From assembly GCA_965214705.1 (NCBI GenBank), contig CBDCCI010000001.1:32001-96000 (forward strand): a stretch of DNA of 64,000 nt, written 5' to 3'. The number at the start of each line of letters is the position of its first letter. Position 1 is the stretch's first letter. Both the position numbers and the translations under genes were made by a program. Shown here piece by piece: positions 19,727-28,098 of this stretch. Origin of the DNA: Alphaproteobacteria bacterium (GTDB lineage: Bacteria > Pseudomonadota > Alphaproteobacteria > UBA828). The notes beneath the pieces are model-generated. The model did not search any database. It saw nothing but the letters and a program-made list of their open reading frames with translations, and had not been told where the DNA came from.

Positions 19727-20391
19727 AAACCCTCGTCAGCCTCGACGGCCATGATCGCGGCCAGCACCGCCAGGCGTTCGCCCGCCGGCATGGCCTCGTA
19801 GCGCCGGCCCCAGTTGGCCGCCTTGCGCTTGATGCGCTGGCGGTCGGTGAAGTTGCGGCCCGCGCAGCTCGCCCAGTGCACCCGGTCGGGCGCGAAGTTG
19901 AACCACACCACCTCGGTCCGCACCTGGGCCTGGGTCGTCACCTGCAGCGCCAGCCGGCGCCAGCCCGCCAGCAACTCGTCATAGAGCGCAGACGGGTGGC
20001 CCGAGACCATCACCTGGCAGGGCAGACCCTTGAGCAGTTCGAGGAGCGCGACGTGGTCGGCCTCCTCGTACTCGAAGCGGTAGCGCTGCGACGAACGCCG
20101 GGTCGCGTGCAGATAGGGCGGATCGCTGTAGACCAGCTCCGGGCCCAGGAACGGGAACGAGGCCAGAAAGGAGTGGGCGCAGCCGTGCACCAACTCCACC
20201 GGGTAGCCACAGTCGAAGGACTCAAGCGCCCGCTCGTCGCGGTCAATCCCGATCGAGCGCACGGCCGCAGGCTTGCGCTTCATCAGCGCCCCGCCCCCCA
20301 AGTGGCTCTCGATATAGACAGAGTGCGGGGGCATCAGCGCAATCAGCGCCTGGCTCAGACCGGTCGTCGCCTTCGATCCGAAATACCCCAC
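19723..20391 (-). CDS. D12/Dam-class N6-adenine DNA methyltransferase
   Basis: YFGSK, IESHLGGGA (SAM-binding motif I variant), YSDPPY (motif IV), VMVSG; overlaps the transposase start by 4 bp. Confidence 0.85.
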   Translation of the reverse strand: MGYFGSKATTGLSQALIALMPPHSVYIESHLGGGALMKRKPAAVRSIGIDRDERALESFDCGYPVELVHGCAHSFLASFPFLGPELVYSDPPYLHATRRSSQRYRFEYEEADHVALLELLKGLPCQVMVSGHPSALYDELLAGWRRLALQVTTQAQVRTEVVWFNFAPDRVHWASCAGRNFTDRQRIKRKAANWGRRYEAMPAGERLAVLAAIMAVEADEGL

Positions 20392-21526
20392 CGGCTGCTC
20401 CTCTCATGCGAGAGAGCAACCCATAGGCGAGCGCGCCTATACAGTCAAGGGGCAGATCATCGATGCGCCGACGGCCAAACGGCACCGGCGGCGACCAACA
20501 TCAGCACGCACTCAGATCTGGCGGCGGGGTACCTGGGTAGTTACCGCCTGAGAACATCACGCTGCCGGCAAGCGCCAGTCGTCGCGGCCCCACCTTGGGC
20601 AGAATCATGCCCGCGCCCGCAGCAGACATGCCGAGAGAAAAGATCGTGATACTGAACGCAAGCGCCGTGTCGGTGAACGACCAGCCGAGCTGCCTCACGA
20701 GAAGCGTTTGAAAAAAACTCCACGCATAGACGGTCCCGAAGCAAACCTGCAGGACGGTGCAATAGAGAATTGCCGCTGTACGAGAATGAGCCACCGGAAG
20801 GCTATTCCTTCCCGCCCGGCTGCGAGAGCCCGTCCGCCTTGTCTCTATCCATCACCTGCGAGAAGTAGAGGAAGAGGCGCGCAAGCTCTCCCGCCTCGTC
20901 ATTGCGCGCGAGCAGCTTCTCGTTTCCGCTGCTGTCGGCCTCCCGCGCCTGTGCGAGCTTCACCGCAAAGGCGAGAACGCCGTCGACCGGTCTGGCTGCC
21001 TGGCCGACGAGCCAGATCGCGGCGAGAATGCCGACTACGAAGATGATGGAGATGAGATAGATCTGCTGGCTGATCGCTCTTTGGACCTTCAACGCGATCA
21101 GCCCGGTGTCGCTGCCGATGTGGACCGCGCCGGCAACGCCCGCCAGGATCGGACTCGCGACCTCGACGAAATCGCCCATGCCCGGCAGGCTTCGTTCCAC
21201 CGTCACTGTGCTGGTCGGGTCACCGGTCCTGATCTCCTCCGGAATGCCTGGAACGAAGGTGTGCGCCAGAAACTCCCCTGTCTCGCTCGTGATGTAGATG
21301 TAGCTGATTCCCTGAATCTCGACGAACTGGTCGATCAGGGACTGCAGGGCCGTCAGATTCCTGTTCAACAGGATGTCGACACTGGCGTCTGCGATTGTCT
21401 TGGCGATATCCCTGCTGTTCGATTCATATTCTTCGGACAGATGCGTATCGACCGTGTAAATGCAGAGAACCGATGTCGATACGCCGATCACGCCGAACAG
21501 GAAAAATACGCCGAACAGGGTCTTTC

Positions 21527-23686
21527 CCCAAGTTGGCACTTTTTCCGGTTGCTCAATGCCGGTCTGCCCATATTTTGCGGACCGAAGTACCACATATTGG
21601 GGTAGCTCCGAGATGATGCCACTATATGTGTAATTGAGGCGCTGGAAGCGCGTTGTAGTGCCAGGAGTTGTTAGGTATTGACGATTTTCCCTTGACCCCA
21701 GACCCCAAGCCGACAAATCTTGGCCCCTCGCAACAATCTCGCGACGGGCGACATGTTCATCAGGGCAACCAAGACCCACACCACCGACGGCAAGCCCGTC
21801 CGAAGCCATCGCCTCGTGCTCTCCCAGCGCATCGGCGACAAGGTCAGGCAGCGCACGCTCCTCAACCTCGGCACCGACTATCCGGTGCCGAAGGAGAAAT
21901 GGCGCGAAGTGGCCGAACTCGCCGAGGCGCTGCTGCACGGCCGCCCGCCGCTGCTCCAAGCCGTCCCGGACGTGCAGGCCGCAGCCGAGGACATCGTCGC
22001 CAAGCTCAGGGCCAGGGGGTTCCGTGCCGAGGCGATGCAGGAAGAGGCGCGCAAGCCCGAGATCGCCACCGTCGACCTCGATACCCTGGAGCATGAGAAC
22101 CCGCGCACCGTCGGCTGCGAGCGCCTGTGCCTCAAGGCCCTCGACGACCTTGGCTTCGCCGAAATCCTCCACGGCCTCGACATCAAGGGCCGCGACGGAC
22201 GCATCGCCAGCGCGCTGATCGTCGCCAGGATGGTCCATCCCGCCAGCGAGCGTGATACCAGCCGCTGGCTCCGCCACGACAGCGCGGCCGCCGAGCTCCT
22301 GGGCCTGGAGGGCGACCGCAAGGCGCTGCGGCGCAAGACGCTCTACCGCATCGGCGACCTGCTCTGGCGCCACCGGGCCGCCATCCAGAGGGAACTGTTC
22401 AACCGTGAGCGCGCGCTGCTCGACCTGCCCGAGACGATCGCCTTCTACGATCTCACCAACGTCCACTACCACGGCCACACCGACGGCGAGCTTCCCAGGT
22501 TCGGGCGCTCCAAGCAGAAGCGCGACGACTGTCCCCTCATCACGCTGGCGCTGGCGCTCGACGGTGCGGGCTTCCCGCGCAGTTGCGAGATCCTGCCCGG
22601 CAACGTGAGCGAGCCGGGCACGCTGCACGAGGCGCTGGCCCGGCTCGAGGCGGTATGCGGCGGCACGGCGGCGAAGCCCACGGTGGTCATGGACGCGGGC
22701 ATCGCCACCGAGGAGAACATCGTCTGGCTGGGCGAGCAGGGCTACGACTGGATCGCGGTCAGCCGCGGTGCCAGGCCTGCGCCGCCCGAGGGCGGACCCG
22801 AGGCCCTGCTGATCACCAGCGCGCGCCACGAGGTGCGGGCCTGGCGGCTTGCCAGCGAGGACGGCGAGGCGCGGCTCTACGTCGTCAGCGAGGGCAAGAA
22901 GAAGGCCGAGAACGCGATCATCGGCCTGAGGCGGAACCGCTTCGAGGCGGCGCTGCAAAGGCTCCACGGCGGCCTTGCGGTCAAGGGCCGCCTCAAGCGC
23001 TACGACAAGGTGCTGGAGAGCATAGGCCGCCTCAAGCAGCGCTTCTCCGCCGTCGCCAGGCACTACGAGATCACGGTCGAGAAGGCGGACACCGGCCCCA
23101 ATGCCACCGCCGTGCGCTTCAAGCGCAGGCCGCGATACGACGAGGCCGATGAGGGCGCGGGCGCCTATGTGCTGCGCACCAGCCACGTCGACTGGGATAT
23201 CGAGACGGTCCTGCGGACGTACTGGCGGATCACGGATATCGAGGCGACATTCCGAAGCCTGAAATCCGAACTCGGCCTTCGCCCGATCTGGCACCAGCTC
23301 GACCGGCGCATCGCGGCCCACCTGCTGATCGCCGTGCTGGCCTACCACGCCGTGCATCTGATCCGTACCCGGCTGGCCGCGCGGGACATCCACAAGTGCT
23401 GGGCATCGATCCGCGAGAGCATGCGGACCTGGGTGCGGATCACCACGCGCCTGCGCCAGACCGACGGCACCTTGATCGTCAATCGACAGGACACGCGCCC
23501 GGCCGCTGAGGTTGCCGCAATCTCCTCGGCGGCGGGCGTGGACCCCGCCATCCACCGCACGAGGACCCGCCTGCCGAACTGACAGAATCCAACAAAATGT
23601 AGTGCCATGTTGGAACCGGCCGAGAGAAATATCGCGTTACATCAACACGATAAAGGACATGGGTAGGACAAAAGTGCCAACTTGGG
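21527..23686 (+). mobile_element. IS1634-family element A (2160 bp)
   Basis: IRs CCCAAGTTGGCACTTTT / AAAAGTGCCAACTTGGG; TTTC duplicated on both flanks. Confidence 0.9.
21753..23582 (+). CDS. IS1634-family DDE transposase
   Basis: FYDLTN, FGRSKQKRDD, VMDAG, IEATFRSLKSELGLRPIWH. Confidence 0.9.
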   Translation: MFIRATKTHTTDGKPVRSHRLVLSQRIGDKVRQRTLLNLGTDYPVPKEKWREVAELAEALLHGRPPLLQAVPDVQAAAEDIVAKLRARGFRAEAMQEEARKPEIATVDLDTLEHENPRTVGCERLCLKALDDLGFAEILHGLDIKGRDGRIASALIVARMVHPASERDTSRWLRHDSAAAELLGLEGDRKALRRKTLYRIGDLLWRHRAAIQRELFNRERALLDLPETIAFYDLTNVHYHGHTDGELPRFGRSKQKRDDCPLITLALALDGAGFPRSCEILPGNVSEPGTLHEALARLEAVCGGTAAKPTVVMDAGIATEENIVWLGEQGYDWIAVSRGARPAPPEGGPEALLITSARHEVRAWRLASEDGEARLYVVSEGKKKAENAIIGLRRNRFEAALQRLHGGLAVKGRLKRYDKVLESIGRLKQRFSAVARHYEITVEKADTGPNATAVRFKRRPRYDEADEGAGAYVLRTSHVDWDIETVLRTYWRITDIEATFRSLKSELGLRPIWHQLDRRIAAHLLIAVLAYHAVHLIRTRLAARDIHKCWASIRESMRTWVRITTRLRQTDGTLIVNRQDTRPAAEVAAISSAAGVDPAIHRTRTRLPN

Positions 23687-24014
23687 TTTCGGAAGAGTTT
23701 CTGGATTTTCATGTCAGCCAAACCTGTTTTCCCAACTGTCCAGGGGAACGAAGCGGCCCTCGTCCACAACGGTGTAATAGACCTTGAACGAAGCCGCTAC
23801 GCGGAGTTAGCGGCGTAGAGTTCATTCATTTCCGAGGCGTCGCGGGTGCCGTTTGTTCTGTGCGTTCGCTTCCCGGTTGCGTCAGTGGCGCTCCGCCCGT
23901 CGGGTGGCGGATCCCCAGCAGCCTCCCGATCACCAGTGGTTAGCATCGACCCCTGCGACGGACCGTCGCCGGATCGGTCCGGCGGCGCGCCGTCGCGATC
24001 CAGGGAGATCGATA

Positions 24015-24893
24015 ATGACCGGGACCGCGTGCGACACGAACACCGTCACCCCTCTTCGCCAGCGCATGGAGGAGCAGCTCCGCATCGCCAATCTGGCCGC
24101 GAGCACGTCCAAGGCCTACATCTGCGAGATCAAGAACCTGGCCAGGTACTACGACGCCTCGCCGGACGAGCTCGACGCCGAGCAGGTGCGCCAGTGGTAC
24201 CTGGGGCGGATCGACAAGGGGCTCAGTCCGGGCACGACCAACGTCTCCTTCGCCGCGCTGAACTTCCTCTACATCGACACACTCGGCTGGCCTGACCATG
24301 TCGCCGGCCTGCGCTCCCGCAAGAAGCCCGGCAAGCTGCCGCGCTACATGTCGGAGCAGGAGGTCGAGCACCTCATCCTTGCGACACCCGACCTCCGCCA
24401 CCGTGCTGCCATTGTCACCGGCTATGGCGGCGGGCTCCGCATCTCCGAGACCTTGGCCATCAAGGTCGGCGACATCCTGTCGGAGAAGAAGCTGCTGCAC
24501 ATCCCCTCCGGCAAAGGCGGCACCGAGAGAATGGCACCGTTGCCGGACATCGTCATCCACTACTTGCGCGTCTACTACAGGAACATCTGGCCGCGTCCGA
24601 CGAGCTGGCTCTTCTACGGCGTCTCGCTCGACAGGCCCATCGCAACGGAGACCTTGCAGGCCGCCTTCAGGAGGGCGCGCGACATTGCCGAGCTCGACCG
24701 CAGCTACACCTTCCATTGCCTGCGCCATTCGGCGGCGACCCATCTCCTCGAGCGCGGCGGCGATATCGAGGTGATCCGGGACATGCTCGGCCATCGAAGC
24801 GCGAACACGACCCGTCACTACGCCCGCGTCACCGGCAAGATGTTCGAGGGCCTCGACCACCCGATCTCAGGCTTCGCAGCGTTGCGCAACTGA
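24015..24893 (+). CDS. XerD-like tyrosine recombinase
   Basis: N-terminal SAM-like domain, GLRISE, GKGGTER, HCLRHSAATHLL, LGH...TTRHY; RBS GGGAG upstream. Confidence 0.92.
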   Translation: MTGTACDTNTVTPLRQRMEEQLRIANLAASTSKAYICEIKNLARYYDASPDELDAEQVRQWYLGRIDKGLSPGTTNVSFAALNFLYIDTLGWPDHVAGLRSRKKPGKLPRYMSEQEVEHLILATPDLRHRAAIVTGYGGGLRISETLAIKVGDILSEKKLLHIPSGKGGTERMAPLPDIVIHYLRVYYRNIWPRPTSWLFYGVSLDRPIATETLQAAFRRARDIAELDRSYTFHCLRHSAATHLLERGGDIEVIRDMLGHRSANTTRHYARVTGKMFEGLDHPISGFAALRN

Positions 24894-25196
24894 CGGCGCG
24901 TGGAGGCCGAACGCGCGGGCGTGGCGGAGATCTTCCGCCGCGCCGGCGCCGCTTTCCGTGAGCGCCACAAAGGGCGCATCGACGCCGCCCGGCTCAAGGT
25001 CATGGGCGCCATCGAGGCGTGCCGCACCGCCGTGCTCGGCGGCCACATGTACGCCTGCGAGGGCTGCGGGCGGGAGCATCCGCTCTTCAGATACCATGAG
25101 CACGGTGGCACCGAATCGATTCTGGCGGTTAGACAAGCTCGGAGAGAAGGCCAGCACCTTCTCTCCGAGCGGAATCGTCAACAACGGAGTGGACGG

Positions 25197-26393
25197 ATGT
25201 CGGATGGTCCAGACACGACCGCGCTGACAGGCGCAAGTAGTAGCACGATTTATGTCGCGGTGGAGATCAGCCTCAAATCGTGGATCGTTGGCGTGCATTG
25301 CCCGGATGCCTCGGGTGGCAGCATCAGCATCCACACACTGGCTGCTGCCGACACGGCGGGACTGTTGGATCTCGTCGGGTCGGTGCGGGAACGGGTGGCG
25401 AGGGAGCTCGGCGCCCGTCCTCGGGTGATGCTGACCTACGAGGCGGGCTACGAGGGGTTCTGGCTTGCCCGCGATATCGAGCGCCGTGACGCGGAGATCG
25501 ATATCTTCATGAACGATCCGGCGAGCCTGCGGGTGAACCGGCGCGCCAAGAAGAAAAAGACCGACCGTATCGACGCGAGGAGGATGGTTCGGGCTCTGAA
25601 GGCATGGGACCAAGGCGATTCGGAGGCCATGTCCTGGGTGCGCGTGCCCGATGTGGACCAGGAGGATGCCAAGCGCCTGCTGCGCGAGAGGGACACGCTG
25701 ATCAGCGAGCGTACCCGCGTCAACAACCGGATCAAAGGGCTCTTGCAGTTGCACGGCATCTTCGATCTGGCGCCGCGCAAGCCGGACTTCCTCGAACGCC
25801 TCGCGACCGCGCGGACGGGCTATGGGGCGCCGTTGCCGCCGCGTGCGCGGGCAGAGATTGAGAGGGCGGTGGGGATGCTTCGCCTGGTTGAGGAGCATAT
25901 CGAGATGATCGAGGCCGAGAAGAGGGCCCTGCTGAAGGCTGGCCGGAAAGCCCAGGACGCGACCAATCGTGACGGGACGGCGATGATCGCGGCGCTTACG
26001 CGCATCCATGGCATCGGCCTCAATGACGCCACACTGCTGGCTGGCGAGGTGTTCTATCGGGACTTCCGCAATCGCCGGGAGTTGGGCAGCTGGGCCGGGT
26101 TGACGTCGGTGCCGTGGGCGAGCGGAGATGTCGACCACGATCTTGGCATCAGCAAGGCCGGCCCCTCGCATGTCAGGAAGCACATGATCCAGATGGCTTG
26201 GCGCTGGCTGAAGCTGCAACCGGAAAGCGCGATCACGAAGTGGTTCCACGCCTACGTCGCCAGGGATGCCGGTGGCGGGAGGGACCGGCGAGCGAGGAAG
26301 CGGGCGATCGTGGGGGTCGCGCGCAAGCTGCTGATCGCGCTGTGGCGCTATGCCACCCAAGGACTGGTGCCTGAGGGCGCCATCGTCTCCTGA
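25197..26393 (+). CDS. IS110-family recombinase
   Basis: RuvC-like acidic motifs AVEIS, YEAG, KTDRIDA; C-terminal GIG, PWASG, ISKAG, AIVGVARKL. Confidence 0.92.
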   Translation: MSDGPDTTALTGASSSTIYVAVEISLKSWIVGVHCPDASGGSISIHTLAAADTAGLLDLVGSVRERVARELGARPRVMLTYEAGYEGFWLARDIERRDAEIDIFMNDPASLRVNRRAKKKKTDRIDARRMVRALKAWDQGDSEAMSWVRVPDVDQEDAKRLLRERDTLISERTRVNNRIKGLLQLHGIFDLAPRKPDFLERLATARTGYGAPLPPRARAEIERAVGMLRLVEEHIEMIEAEKRALLKAGRKAQDATNRDGTAMIAALTRIHGIGLNDATLLAGEVFYRDFRNRRELGSWAGLTSVPWASGDVDHDLGISKAGPSHVRKHMIQMAWRWLKLQPESAITKWFHAYVARDAGGGRDRRARKRAIVGVARKLLIALWRYATQGLVPEGAIVS

Positions 26394-26730
26394 GGGCACC
26401 GGCCGAACGAACGGGAAAATACAGGAGGTTCCGACGTGGTCGGACGCGGCCGCGGAGGATGCCGGGCAAGGCGTGTGACCGGGCAAGAGTTGGGTCGCCG
26501 CTTGGCACCGTTCTACAGATGGGTCCCGCCTCCCGGAACGTCACCACCGCTTGGATGCGGTATTGGGGTCACGGAGCCGGCAAGCGCCGGAGTTCCGAAC
26601 CGGATAAGAGCTGAGCAGCGTGGCGGATCGCTGCGTGGAAACGACGTTCTGCCTGGACATCGGCCGCGGATTCGAGTGGAGAGATTGCGAATGCCATTGA
26701 CGTAGATGAAGCCGGGCCTTGCGGAGAGAG
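26394..26730 (+). ncRNA. Candidate bridge/seek RNA region of the IS1111-type element
   Basis: ~340-nt non-coding 3' end, the position where IS1111 elements encode their guide RNA; boundaries unknown. Confidence 0.55.
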
Positions 26731-28053
26731 CTCATAAGAACTCCTGCCGCAACCGCCACTGCCCCACCTGCCAGGGTCTCGCCGCCAACCTCTGGAGCGA
26801 GGAGCGCGCCGGGGACATCCTGCCGGTGCCCTACTTCCATGTGGTCTTCACCCTGCCCAAGGAGGTTGCCGCCATTGCCTTCTGCAACCGCAGGGTGGTG
26901 TTCGACATCCTCTTCCGGGCCGTCGCCGAGACCCTGCGCACCATCGCCGCCGATCCCCGCCACGGCGGCATGCGCATCGGCGGCACCGCGGTCCTCCATA
27001 CCTGGGATCAGAAGCTCCGCTTCCACCCGCACCTGCACGTGGTCGTGCCCAACGCGGGCTTCGACGTAGACAGTGGCGAGTGGAAGACGGGGAGCACCAC
27101 CTTCCTCGCCCCCGTCAAGGTCCTCGGCAGCCTGTTCCGCCGCCTCTTCCTCGAGGAGCTCGCCCGCGCCCACGGCCGGGGGGACCTGGAGTTCCACGGC
27201 ACCGTCGCCCACCTCGCCAATCCCGGCGAGTTCCACGCCACGCTTGCCGCCGCCCGGGCCAGGGACTGGGTGGTCTACGCCAAGCGGCCCTTCCGCGGGC
27301 CTGAGCAGGTCTTCCGGTACCTCTCGCACTACACGCACAGGATCGCCATCTCCGACAGCCGCATCGTCTCCTTCGACGGCGAGACGGTCTCCTTCCGCCA
27401 CCGAAAGCCCAAGGCGCCGGGGCAGAGAAAGCCGCGCTACGGCATCGCCACCGTGAGCGCCGACGAGTTCATCCGCCGCTTCCTGAGGCACGTCCTGCCG
27501 GACGGCATGCACCGCATTCGCTACTTCGGCATCCTCGCCAACGGCTGCCGCGCCAGCACGCTGGAGAGAGCACGCCAGGCTCTCGGCGCCCTCGGCTGCG
27601 CCGCCCCCGAGGGAAGCGTGGACGGCGCTCGGGCCGAGCCCGACGAAGAGCCCGAGATCGGCACCGCGCCCGTGGCCTGCCCCCACTGCGGCGGCGTCAT
27701 GCGCCTCGTCCGCGAAATCCGCCGCCGCCATGAGCCCCGCTCGACGCGCGGCCCGCCGGCGCTGCCGCCGACCCACAGGGGGAAACCGTGAGACGCCCGC
27801 TCGCTTCGGCCCCGCGCAACGGCGCCAAAGCGCCGACGCACGACCGAACCTGTCTCCGCTTGAGCCGGGCTGACAGCCCTCGGCTCACACCCCGCTCAGT
27901 CCTCGCAGCGTGCGCCCGCATGCCTGCCGAAAGACCGGCGCGAGCGTCGATTTTATGCGCAACTCTGCTGCCGGTGGATGCCGCCTGACGCTGACATCAG
28001 CGCACTTTCCACATAGCTCAACTTCGCCTCTCGTGGCCCGCGGCTTCGTTCAA

Positions 28054-28095
28054 AAGGGTTGGGCAGGCTCTCGAGAGAGAGCCTGCCCAACCCTT
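28054..28095. repeat. Perfect 19-bp terminal hairpin of the Int/IS91 element, copy 1
   Basis: AAGGGTTGGGCAGGCTCTC-GAGA-GAGAGCCTGCCCAACCCTT. Confidence 0.95.
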
Positions 28096-28098
28096 AAC

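Larger units (their letters stand above)
18068..20544 (-). mobile_element. IS66-family element (2477 bp) with a passenger DNA methyltransferase
   Basis: IRs GTAACTGCCCAGG / CCTGGGTAGTTAC; 8-bp TSD CGCCTGAG at 18060-18067 and 20545-20552. Confidence 0.93.
16993..20794 (-). pseudogene. OFA (oxalate/formate antiporter-like) MFS transporter split by IS66
   Basis: GTVYAWS at the N-terminus; [22 protein letters not shown]. Segments 20553-20794 + 16993-18067 rejoin to 439 codons. Confidence 0.9.
20802..23712 (-). pseudogene. Membrane sensor (TM-Cache-like-TM-HAMP, no output domain) split by IS1634
   Basis: MKIQKLFR|KTLFGVFFLFG; 23691-23712 + 20802-21526 rejoin to 249 codons; DEAGELARLF is HAMP-like. 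Confidence 0.8.
25089..26738 (+). mobile_element. IS110-family element, IS1111 type (1650 bp)
   Basis: Ends defined against the empty site in copy 2 (CTCTTC|AACTCC). Subterminal IRs ATGAGC/GCTCAT sit 7 and 3 nt from the ends; long 3' non-coding region. Confidence 0.9.
24900..27791 (+). pseudogene. IS91-family transposase interrupted by IS110
   Basis: 24900-25088 + 26739-27791 give the same 414 codons as copy 2. Confidence 0.92.

Noticed and set aside
20802-23555. 917-aa ORF
   Set aside because: Chimera of the IS1634 antisense strand and the 3' part of the split sensor gene
24015-24893. Integron integrase
   Set aside because: Lacks the IntI-specific insertion, has no attC cassette array, and moves with the IS91-like transposase
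28054-28095. Hairpin as an intrinsic terminator or CRISPR repeat
   Set aside because: No convincing U-tract in the element's sense direction and no spacer array; it is the element terminus in both copies
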